This document shows, one piece after another, positions 17,187 to 28,888 of a DNA stretch of 32,000 nt. Source of the stretch: Candidatus Hermodarchaeota archaeon (GTDB lineage: Archaea; Asgardarchaeota; Heimdallarchaeia; Hodarchaeales; Hodarchaeaceae). Where the stretch lies: positions 60,001 through 92,000 of the forward strand of contig JBHLKY010000001.1 in NCBI GenBank assembly GCA_048886185.1, given 5' to 3'. The stretch's first letter is position 1; every line of letters starts with the position of its first letter. The position numbers and the translations under genes are program-made. The notes beneath the pieces were generated by a model that was not told the DNA's origin, ran no database searches, and worked only from the letters and a program-made list of their open reading frames with translations.

Positions 17187-17903
17187 TCAAATTGATTCAA
17201 TCATTTCTTTTTCTTCAATTTCATTTAATAAAAGTTCTCCTAAGTGGTAAAGAAATGATCCAAGGAAGAAGAAGGACGTAAGAACTATAAGAATGGAGAT
17301 TAGGGAAAAAAAATATGATAATTGGTTCGATATTAAGGGAGGATTACCCATTTGGGAGAGACAAGCGCTTATTGCATAACCATCAGTGACAAATCCCAAA
17401 GAAGAGGGAAAGATTGGGAAGAGGTTAGGGAGATCAGCTAATACACCAAAGAAGAAATAAAACCTTCCAGTTTCATAAAAGATTCCTGATTTCATCCGAA
17501 GCAGTGTAATAATACAAAAAATGGTAAAAATCATAACTGAAGCGGATCCAGAAAGCATTGCAATAATAGATTGCCAACAATTGGGAAATTCATGAGAACA
17601 TACACAAGCACAACAGAATGTACCTTCAGAAAAATAGCATTCTAAGTTTGGACTTAAAGCAGGTAAAAAAAGACTTATTGAAAAGAGATGTCCTAGTTCA
17701 TGGACTAGAGTAAAAGGAAGGTAAAGAAAGCTAAATATAATTGCTAGAAGTGGAGATAGTAGGGTACATATTGGAAGTGTAAATGTGAATACAATTGAGA
17801 ATAATATTTTACCTTTTTTCATGCCTGAAGATATATCATATTTGTTTTTTTGAATCATATCCATTTGCTTCATATAATAATTCCCTAAAAAGCTTACGAA
17901 CAT
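17187..17903 (-). CDS. Membrane metalloprotease, site-2 protease (M50)-like
   Basis: Hydrophobic protein with HELGH (HExxH) in a TM segment and a downstream NLFP...TDG motif. The true start is probably downstream of 17903 (e.g. MKKGKILF). Confidence 0.7.
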   Translation of the reverse strand: MFVSFLGNYYMKQMDMIQKNKYDISSGMKKGKILFSIVFTFTLPICTLLSPLLAIIFSFLYLPFTLVHELGHLFSISLFLPALSPNLECYFSEGTFCCACVCSHEFPNCWQSIIAMLSGSASVMIFTIFCIITLLRMKSGIFYETGRFYFFFGVLADLPNLFPIFPSSLGFVTDGYAISACLSQMGNPPLISNQLSYFFSLISILIVLTSFFFLGSFLYHLGELLLNEIEEKEMIESI

Positions 17904-17973
17904 CAGAACATCAACCTAATTATTTAAAATTAACAATTGTTATTTAGAATTATTAATTATAGAGGGACAACAA

Positions 17974-18516
17974 TTGACTTCTAAATTAGAAAAATACAAG
18001 TTTGATCATGTTACTCTTGGTGTACTAAGAATAGCGATGGGTTTTGTTTTTCTATGGCCGTTCTTAGATAAAATGTTTGGTTTAGGGTTTGCTACCGCTC
18101 CTGAAAACTCGTGGCTTGCGGGTGCATCTCCTACACAAGGATTTTTGCAGTTTTATGGCGTGAATCAGAATAGTCCGTTTGCTTTTCTGTTTTCTGATGT
18201 TTTAGGTAATACCTATCAATTAGTGGACATTGCATACATGGGGATGCTATTATTTGCTGGTATTGGGTTAATATCAGGGGTTCTTGTAAGATTATCGAGT
18301 ATTTCCACAATAATCTTCTTGGCATCTGTTTATCTCTCTGAGTGGATCATTGCTCCTGCTGAAGGTACAATGGTATTCAATCCCTTAATCGATGAACACA
18401 TTATCTACATTCTTGTCCTATTATTATTCATTATAGTACCAGTTGGCAATTATCTCGGATTAGGCGAAAAATGGTCAAAGCTGTCTTTTGTAGAGAGAAT
18501 TCCCATTTTGAAGTAG
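17974..18516 (+). CDS. DoxX / TQO small-subunit (DoxD) family membrane protein
   Basis: LRIAMGFVFLWPFLDKMFG, WLAGASPTQGFL, GIGLISGVLVR, NPLIDEHIIY and LGLGEKW. TTG start after GAGGG. Confidence 0.85.
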   Translation: MTSKLEKYKFDHVTLGVLRIAMGFVFLWPFLDKMFGLGFATAPENSWLAGASPTQGFLQFYGVNQNSPFAFLFSDVLGNTYQLVDIAYMGMLLFAGIGLISGVLVRLSSISTIIFLASVYLSEWIIAPAEGTMVFNPLIDEHIIYILVLLLFIIVPVGNYLGLGEKWSKLSFVERIPILK

Positions 18517-18780
18517 GGATATACCCCTCTTCATCTCCTTATTTCTAATTTTTCTATTATCGCTTTTATAAGGATAAAAAATAAAATTGTAGCACTCCTC
18601 GGGGATGTGTTCGATCAATGTAACAATTTCTCTAACATCAACTTTTTATTAAATTACTTAAACAACATATCTTTTAATCCTATGATTTCTGAAAGGCTAG
18701 GGAGGAGATTACAAATTAGAGAAGTATTTATATCCTATCGGATTCAAACAAATGCACTCCTAAGAAATATCCGATGCTGA

Positions 18781-19641
18781 ATGAAAATGAATCTTCTTGT
18801 AATCTATAATCTAATTCTTTTAACCATGATCCGAATTATAGGTTTAGGTCTTTCTATTGAATTCTTCATAAATCTCCGAAAAAAAAGATTCATAGCTCCC
18901 ATCGCAGGTTGGGGATGTTGGGTAATAGCTGGAATATTACCAATAATTGCTGATATCCTACCTTCAGAGTTTGTAACTGAAGTTCTCCTTCTGATCAATG
19001 CAATTCTAGATGTGGAAGGACTAATACTAATTTTCTTAGGAATTTTATCCTACATTCGTTTTGTACCTGGAAAAATAATGTTTCTGGTATCGTTGGTACT
19101 TATGATCTTTCCAATAGTAACCCTTACATTATTTGGTAAAGTAATGGCATTGACATTCGCGGTTGTCCTGAATTTTGCTTCATATATTGTTATATCATTA
19201 ATAATAATTTTAAAGGGAAGAGAGGTTCATGAAATTATTGGAGATGGGGCTAAATGGTTATACTTCACATTATTTACTGTAATTTGCTACTTAATTTTGT
19301 TATGCATCCTTATCTTAACAGTTGATGATTATAGCTATGGTATATATTATTCTGTTAATACTACAGCAATAATTGGTAATTATACTATTAATATTCTGCT
19401 TACCATCCTTATTATTGTGTTATCAATTCATTTTGAAAGAGGTATCGCAAATACGGATAAAAATCAGCTAAAAGATAAATATTCACACAATATTGGAAAT
19501 ATACTCCAAATAATTGTGAGTGCAGCTTCCGTAATTGAGTTAGGGGGGCATTTGGATGATTCAGAGATTTTAAATTTGGTTTTAATCCAAGATAAATGTA
19601 ATGAAGCAGGGGAATTGATAAAAGAAATCAGAGAGCTCTAA
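18781..19641 (+). CDS. Seven-TM membrane protein with C-terminal HisKA/DHp-like helical hairpin and no ATPase domain
   Basis: Seven hydrophobic segments by eye, followed by KDKYSHNIGNILQII (H-box-like). The ORF ends about 50 aa later. Confidence 0.6.
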   Translation: MKMNLLVIYNLILLTMIRIIGLGLSIEFFINLRKKRFIAPIAGWGCWVIAGILPIIADILPSEFVTEVLLLINAILDVEGLILIFLGILSYIRFVPGKIMFLVSLVLMIFPIVTLTLFGKVMALTFAVVLNFASYIVISLIIILKGREVHEIIGDGAKWLYFTLFTVICYLILLCILILTVDDYSYGIYYSVNTTAIIGNYTINILLTILIIVLSIHFERGIANTDKNQLKDKYSHNIGNILQIIVSAASVIELGGHLDDSEILNLVLIQDKCNEAGELIKEIREL

Positions 19642-20120
19642 TAATTCGATCTCTCACAACGAGTACTTATATCAAATATTGAAAGATACTGGCTGATAAT
19701 GGATTAGAAAATAACTCTCAAATAACTATTGTTTAATTATGAACTGCGTAGAATAATTATTATAAACAGGTAATAACTATACTAGACCAGCACAATCCGA
19801 GATAATTGTCCGTCATCTAAAACAGAGAAACTTCTGAATATAGATTGAGTTCTTTAACAGTAATAACACTTATGAGTACTCATACTATAGATGAAAATCA
19901 TTTTTAAGAAGTTGATGGAGTAGAATTATTCAGCAGCTATTACTACAAAGAATGGAGAATTTACGATAGTTAACAGTTGATTATAATCTGAATCATTAAT
20001 TTTCAAGTTGTATCTATAACGTATACATGTAAAAAACAAAGTTAAAATCATAATCACTAAATTGGAGCATAACTAATTATAATGTGATTAGCCGTTTAAA
20101 CTTCTCAAAGAGGAAAGAAA

Positions 20121-20405
20121 ATGTTAAGAAGCACACGGAAACCTATACTGCCACCTCCCCGTGCTGAACATGAGTATGTAGTGTCAATACTCTCTGAACA
20201 GTGTGATGGATGTGAATTATGTGTAGAATTTTGTCCGACTCATGTGTTAGAAATCGATATGGAGGCATATAACTCACGCATGCTTCATCCTGCAACGGCT
20301 GCTAAACCAGATGAATGCGTAGGGTGTCAACAGTGTGAGAGGATTTGCCCTTCTGTCTCAATCTTTATCACAGAGATTCAAGTCCCACAGGAGGGTCAGC
20401 TATGA
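20121..20405 (+). CDS. korD: 2x[4Fe-4S] ferredoxin, OFOR delta subunit
   Basis: CDGCELCVEFCP and CVGCQQCERICP; overlaps the alpha start by 4 nt. Confidence 0.9.
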   Translation: MLRSTRKPILPPPRAEHEYVVSILSEQCDGCELCVEFCPTHVLEIDMEAYNSRMLHPATAAKPDECVGCQQCERICPSVSIFITEIQVPQEGQL

Positions 20406-21550
20406 GTAGTACCAAAACAATTTTAACCACTGGAAATTATGCGAGTGCCGAGGGAGCAATTGCAGTTGGTTGCCGATACTTTGGAGGTTATCCAATTACT
20501 CCATCCTCAGAAATTGCCCACTACATGTCGAGGCGTCTACCTCAGGTTGGTGGTACTTTTATTCAGATGGAAGATGAGCTAGCCTCAATAGTATCAGTTG
20601 TTGGCGCATCTTATGCTGGTGTTAAAGCAATGACTGCAACTTCTGGGCCAGGTTTGTCTTTAATGGCAGAAACAATTGGTTTGGGATTCATGTTAGAAGC
20701 GCCTATGGTAATTATCACGGTAATGAGAGGAGGGCCAAGTACTGGACAGCCTACTAAGGCATCACAATCTGATGTTATGCAAACACGTTACCTATCGCAC
20801 GGGGATTACGAGATGATCGTTCTTGCTCCTGCTACTGTCCAAGAATGCTATGATTTTTCTATATATGGGTTTAATTTGGCAGAAAAATATAGAACTCCTG
20901 TTATTATAGCATCAGATGGGATTGTTGGTCAAATGATGGAACCAGTTAAATATCATTCAGATTTTGAGATAATAAACCGAAAACCTCCCCAAGTTCCCCC
21001 TAACGAGTATAAACCTTTTGAAGTACTCGATGACGATTTAATTCCAGGCATGGCAATAGCTGGATCCGAATATAACTTCTATGTTACAGGTTTAACTCAT
21101 GATGACACTGGTAGTCCAGATATGACTCCAGAAAGAGCAATAAAGCTTATCACACGTCTTTGTGATAAAATTAGGAAGGCTAGGTTTGCGATTAATGATT
21201 ATGTTCCATGGCAAGAGCAATATTTAGATGATGCAGATATCATTATATTATCTTACGGTATTAATTCCAGAGGTGTTCCTGAAGCGGTTGAAAGAGCACG
21301 TAAGCATGGTCATAAAGTGGGATTCGTTAGATTACGAACCCTATGGCCGTTTCCAGAGCATATGATGGAGAAAGTAGGTCAAAATGACGTAAAAAAAGTT
21401 ATTGTGAGTGAAATGAATTATGGCCAAATAATAAGGGAAGTTGAACGATTTAGACACCTTGGATTTGAAGTTACTGGGAGCCTCGTCCCAACTACCATTC
21501 CTTTCAGTCCAAGGTTCATTTATGATGAGTTAATGAAGGAGATTAAATAA
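20402..21550 (+). CDS. korA: 2-oxoacid:ferredoxin oxidoreductase alpha subunit (short form, no gamma domain)
   Basis: GNYASAEGA, GYPITPSSEI, QMEDELAS, TATSGPG and MRGGPSTGQPT. ATG at 20402 (MSSTKTIL) is preferred over the track start 20345. Substrate not determinable. Confidence 0.9.
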   Translation: MSSTKTILTTGNYASAEGAIAVGCRYFGGYPITPSSEIAHYMSRRLPQVGGTFIQMEDELASIVSVVGASYAGVKAMTATSGPGLSLMAETIGLGFMLEAPMVIITVMRGGPSTGQPTKASQSDVMQTRYLSHGDYEMIVLAPATVQECYDFSIYGFNLAEKYRTPVIIASDGIVGQMMEPVKYHSDFEIINRKPPQVPPNEYKPFEVLDDDLIPGMAIAGSEYNFYVTGLTHDDTGSPDMTPERAIKLITRLCDKIRKARFAINDYVPWQEQYLDDADIIILSYGINSRGVPEAVERARKHGHKVGFVRLRTLWPFPEHMMEKVGQNDVKKVIVSEMNYGQIIREVERFRHLGFEVTGSLVPTTIPFSPRFIYDELMKEIK

Positions 21551-22416
21551 TGACAACAATAGATTCCATTCCAACTTCTAAAAGTTCTGAAGAGATTACT
21601 AAATTACATCCTTTACATGAAAGGCTAAACTTACATCGTTTTATTTTTTGTCCAGGGTGCTTGATAGGATCAGCTATAACATCAATTACAACCTGTTTAA
21701 AAGAAAGAGGTCTTACATCTAAAGATTATGCAGTGGTATCTGGCATTGGATGCACTGGTCGATCCAGTGGATGTTTCAATTCACCTGCTTTTCATACTAC
21801 TCATGGACGGGCAATCCCCTTTGCTACAGGTTTGAAACTAGCCAATCCTAACCTTGAAGTTGTTGTACTTTCAGGAGATGGAGATCTCTTTGCTATCGGC
21901 GGGAATCACTTCATTCATGCTTGTAGGAGAAATGTTGAGATTACTGTTATTTGTATTAATAATAATGTGTATGGCATGACAGGAGGCCAATGTGCTCCAA
22001 CAACTCAAATAGGTGATTTTACAACGACTACACCTTACGGAAACATTGAACCTCCTTTCAATTTGGTCTCTCTAGCTGCTGCATCAGGTGCCACTTATGT
22101 TGCTAGATGGCCTGGATATGATACTCTTCGTTTGAATAAAAGCATCCTAAAAGCTTTTGATAACCCAGGGTTTAGTTTCATAGAGGTTTTAGCACCTTGT
22201 TTCACCCAGTATGGTCGCAAAAATAAGCTAGGTGATGCTGTGCAGATGTTAGACTGGATCAAGAATCAAGTAAGGATTAAAACTGGGTGTCCCCCCCATG
22301 AAGCTATCTTTGACTTCAAAAAAGGTATTATAATATGTGGGGAGTTTGTTGATACTCATCGGGAGGGTTTTAGTAAGAAAATACAAGACCTTAGAGACTT
22401 GGCGCAAAAGAAATGA
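21550..22416 (+). CDS. korB: 2-oxoacid:ferredoxin oxidoreductase beta subunit
   Basis: FCPGC, SGIGCTGR, TTHGRAIPFATG, GDGDLFAIGGNHFIH, YGMTGGQCAPTT and EVLAPC. Start overlaps the alpha stop. Confidence 0.92.
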   Translation: MTTIDSIPTSKSSEEITKLHPLHERLNLHRFIFCPGCLIGSAITSITTCLKERGLTSKDYAVVSGIGCTGRSSGCFNSPAFHTTHGRAIPFATGLKLANPNLEVVVLSGDGDLFAIGGNHFIHACRRNVEITVICINNNVYGMTGGQCAPTTQIGDFTTTTPYGNIEPPFNLVSLAAASGATYVARWPGYDTLRLNKSILKAFDNPGFSFIEVLAPCFTQYGRKNKLGDAVQMLDWIKNQVRIKTGCPPHEAIFDFKKGIIICGEFVDTHREGFSKKIQDLRDLAQKK

Positions 22417-22434
22417 TGATAATAAGTGATAACT

Positions 22435-24825
22435 ATGACAGAAAGTGCAGAACAACCAACATCTGAAGCTAAAATTGGTGTTTTTCTCTGTAAATGTGGA
22501 AAAAATATTGGTGGAACAGTTGATATCGATGAGATAGCTAAAGAGGTCGAGGGGTTACCTGGAGTAAAATTGGTTCAGGTAAACACTTACACTTGTTCAG
22601 ATCCAGGACAGGTCGAGATAGAGGAAGCTATAAAGGAACAGGGGATAGAAAAGGTAGTCGTATCAGCTTGTTCGCCAAGGTTACACCTTCCGACATGGAA
22701 AAATCTGATGAAGCGTGTTGGAATGAACCCAGAAGTGGTGGAGGTTGCTAATATCCGTGAACATTGTTCTTGGGTTCATCTCCATGAAAAAGAAGAAGCT
22801 ACATTGAAAGCGAAAGAGCTAACAGAAATGGCAATAGCCAAGGCCGAATTACTGGAAGCTGTTGATGAAATCGTCGTCCCTGTTGAAAAGAGAATTCTAA
22901 TCATCGGTGGTGGGGTAGCAGGGATACAGGCTGCTTTAGATTTGGCTGATGATTATCAAGTCATTATGGTTGAAAAAAGTCCAACTATTGGTGGGAAGAT
23001 GGCTTTAATTGATAAAACTTTCCCCACCATGGACTGTTCAATTTGTATTTTAGGCCCAAAAATGGCTGATGTAGGAAACCATAAAAATATCAACTTGATT
23101 GCTAGTGCAGAGGTAACGAATATTGAGGGGTACGTAGGAAACTTTGAAGTTACCATAAAAAAGGAACCAAGATATGTAGATGAAGATCTGTGTACTGCTT
23201 GCAATGATTGCATTGATATTTGTCCTGTTAATGTTATCGATGAGTATTCAGGAAACTTGGGGTGGAGAAAGGCGATTTACATTCCTTATCCACAATCTGT
23301 TCCCGCTGCTTATCTGATAGATACTGAGAATTGCCTTGGACTCTCTCCTTTAGCGTGTGGAAAGTGTACTACTACCTGTGACAAAGAAGCTATCAATTAT
23401 GAGGACACAGAAAAGACCTATAATTTTAAGGTTGGTTCCATTATTGTTGCAACTGGTTTTCAAATTTTTGATGCCTCCAAAATTCCCGAGTATGGGTGGG
23501 GGAACTACCCCAACGTTGTGACTACTTTTGAATTTGAACGCTTGATCAATGCAGCTGGCCCTACCTCAGGAGAACTAGTCCGCCCAAGCGATCTCAAACC
23601 ACCGAAGAGTGTAGCTTTTGTTAATTGTGTTGGATCGAGAGACGTTCGATTTAATCCCTATTGCAGTAATTTTTGTTGTATGGAAGTTATAAAGGATAGT
23701 CTCTTGATTAAAGAACACTGGCCTGAGGTGGACATTTCTGTCTTCTATATGGATATTAGAGCTTTTGGAAAAGGATTTGAAGAACTCTACACTCGCTCTA
23801 GAGAAGAAGGAGTTCATTACATACGTGGTCGTCCGAGTATGATTCAAGAGGATCCTGGTACCAATAATCTTTTCGTTTCTGTTGAGGATACTCGTTCAGG
23901 AAAGCTTTTATCTAATGAATTTGATCTAGTTGTTCTATCTGTAGGTGCAGAGGGTTCACCCTATCCAATTCCATTTCCTGTTTCTAGAGATCCCAAAGGA
24001 TTCTATATCGAAGCTCATCCTAAACTAAAACCCGTTGATACACCCACTGATGGCGTTTTCATTGCTGGAGGGGCTGAAGCTCCAAAAGATATTCGTGAAT
24101 GTGTTACGCAAGCAAGTGCTGCAGCAGGAAGAGTTACGAGGTTACTCGCTAAGGGAGAGTTCTCTGTTGAGCCCTTGTACGCCTATGTCGATACTGAATT
24201 ATGCAATTCTTGTGGTAATTGTGCAAAACGTTGTCCTTATAATGCTATAACTGTGGATACAAAGAAGAAGACTCCTGCTCATGTCAATCCCATTTTATGC
24301 AAAGGTTGCGGAACATGTGCAGCAGATTGTCCAAAGGACTGCATTACAATGACTAACTTTACAGACGCTATGATCTTACGTCAAGTAGATATTGCTCTCA
24401 GGGATAACGCCTCTGAAAAAGTTTTAATCTTCGCTTGTAACTGGTGTTCTTATGGAGGCGCAGATCTGGCTGGAACCAGCCGAATTCAGTACCCAACTAA
24501 TTCACGAATCGTCCGAACGATGTGCTCTGGTCGAGTAGATATTGATTTTGTCAAAAGAGCGTTTGATCGTGGTGCTGGAGCTGTAATGTTAACAGGATGC
24601 CATCCCCAAGATTGTCATTACATTTCTGGTAATGATTGGGCCTTGAAGCGTGAGAATAGAATCCGTCGCTGGATGAAGAAGCAAGATATTGCTGATGAGC
24701 GATTTATCATTGAATGGATGTCAGCTGCTGAGGGGAAGAAATTTGCTAATACTGTGACCGAAATGAGTAAAATTGCCAGGAAAAATCATAAGGTTATCCA
24801 TGAAAAAGCAAAAGCTGCGGCTTGA
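22435..24825 (+). CDS. hdrA: Heterodisulfide reductase subunit A fused to MvhD ([2Fe-2S]) domain
   Basis: GVFLCKCGKNI, SACSPRLH, NIREHCSW, GGGVAG, DKTFPTMDCSICIL, CVGSRD...YCSNFCCM, YMDIRAFGKGFEE and four ferredoxin motifs, then MvhD motifs FACNWCSYGGAD, MCSGRVD and GCHPQDCHY. ATG 22435 (GTG 22426 alternative). Confidence 0.95.
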   Translation: MTESAEQPTSEAKIGVFLCKCGKNIGGTVDIDEIAKEVEGLPGVKLVQVNTYTCSDPGQVEIEEAIKEQGIEKVVVSACSPRLHLPTWKNLMKRVGMNPEVVEVANIREHCSWVHLHEKEEATLKAKELTEMAIAKAELLEAVDEIVVPVEKRILIIGGGVAGIQAALDLADDYQVIMVEKSPTIGGKMALIDKTFPTMDCSICILGPKMADVGNHKNINLIASAEVTNIEGYVGNFEVTIKKEPRYVDEDLCTACNDCIDICPVNVIDEYSGNLGWRKAIYIPYPQSVPAAYLIDTENCLGLSPLACGKCTTTCDKEAINYEDTEKTYNFKVGSIIVATGFQIFDASKIPEYGWGNYPNVVTTFEFERLINAAGPTSGELVRPSDLKPPKSVAFVNCVGSRDVRFNPYCSNFCCMEVIKDSLLIKEHWPEVDISVFYMDIRAFGKGFEELYTRSREEGVHYIRGRPSMIQEDPGTNNLFVSVEDTRSGKLLSNEFDLVVLSVGAEGSPYPIPFPVSRDPKGFYIEAHPKLKPVDTPTDGVFIAGGAEAPKDIRECVTQASAAAGRVTRLLAKGEFSVEPLYAYVDTELCNSCGNCAKRCPYNAITVDTKKKTPAHVNPILCKGCGTCAADCPKDCITMTNFTDAMILRQVDIALRDNASEKVLIFACNWCSYGGADLAGTSRIQYPTNSRIVRTMCSGRVDIDFVKRAFDRGAGAVMLTGCHPQDCHYISGNDWALKRENRIRRWMKKQDIADERFIIEWMSAAEGKKFANTVTEMSKIARKNHKVIHEKAKAAA

Positions 24826-24977
24826 GTAGATAAAGGGGGGATAGAATTTTTTTTAAGAACAATATCGAAGAAGAAATAAAGACTAGAGAAACCGCTACTC
24901 ATACTTTTAAATGGGATCTCTAAGCCCTTCATGAGAAAAGATCTGATATCAATGAACAAAGAAGGGATTTGGAGAAT

Positions 24978-25445
24978 TTATTCGCCAAAATCGAAATAAC
25001 TTTCTTCCACCAGCTCCCATAAATCCTTTTCAGATAAAGTTAATTTCTCTATAATCATTTTTTGAATGGTTGTTAAGAGTTTATGATGCTTTTTCTCATC
25101 GTTAAGGATCGCCCTTATGATAAGTTTTTCATTTTCGTTTTCTGTTGTGTTCAGCTTATCTTGATAGACTTCTATCGCTTGGCGTTCCAGTTCTATATGT
25201 TCAGCTATTGATTTTTTCAGTTCTTCTCCAAATTTTTCTGCTACAGAGGGAGTTGGTTTAGTATAGATACTAATCAATGCACTCAGCATACCTGCATGCT
25301 TTTTTGAGTCTAATGCAATCCCCAATATCAATTCTCGAATGAGAACATTATCTATCCCTTGAACTGCTTTTTCAGCTTTTTCAACTATTGTTTTCTCTAG
25401 AGTAATTTGATCGTTGTAGAATTCGATTCTTTCCTCTTTCCTCAT
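24978..25445 (-). CDS. Ferritin-like four-helix (di-iron) superfamily protein
   Basis: Internal two-fold repeat with LE..IALDSKKH and HIELE..ILNDEKKH; all-helical, 155 aa. Confidence 0.75.
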   Translation of the reverse strand: MRKEERIEFYNDQITLEKTIVEKAEKAVQGIDNVLIRELILGIALDSKKHAGMLSALISIYTKPTPSVAEKFGEELKKSIAEHIELERQAIEVYQDKLNTTENENEKLIIRAILNDEKKHHKLLTTIQKMIIEKLTLSEKDLWELVEESYFDFGE

Positions 25446-25601
25446 AATTTTTAATCCACCTTTTTTGATTGTGGATGATATCTAAGAATCTTTTTTAAAC
25501 CTTTAGCAGAATTTCACTGACCATAAAGATATCCGCAATAGAAATCATTTATCTCCCTAGAAGGATGAAAAGTGTACTATCTATTATTGTTATATACTTG
25601 A

Positions 25602-28736
<3,135 letters not shown>

Positions 28737-28888
28737 CTTGTTGAAATTTTGTAGAAGAAGAGAGATTTTCACTACTCAGTCTGTAATCTTTAGTAACAAG
28801 AATTTATAAATTTGTAAAAAAGTATCACAAAGTAAGCTAAGTACTGAAAATACAGCTTAAAACCTGTTAAGATAAGGATGTTTGCATA

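Noticed and set aside
19871-19884. Perfect palindrome TATGAGTACTCATA in the gap before korD
   Set aside because: Single occurrence about 240 nt from the start codon; this size is expected by chance.
19642-20120. Possible frameshifted HATPase domain for the 7TM/H-box protein (an ADNG tetrapeptide appears in one frame)
   Set aside because: The frames checked close within about 25 codons, and no ordered N/G1/F/G2 boxes are present.
22435-24825. Selenocysteine/pyrrolysine read-through in HdrA-MvhD or other redox genes
   Set aside because: The expected ligand positions are Cys codons, and genes ending in TGA are already full length.
25454-25520. IRE-like CAGTGA (minus strand, 25514-25519) and an ATCCAC/GTGGAT hairpin covering the RBS upstream of the ferritin-like gene, suggesting IRP-like control by AcnA
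   Set aside because: The CAGTGA has no pairing flanks and lies upstream of the likely TATA box (25491-25499). The hairpin is only 6 bp, and its 5' arm probably falls outside the transcript.
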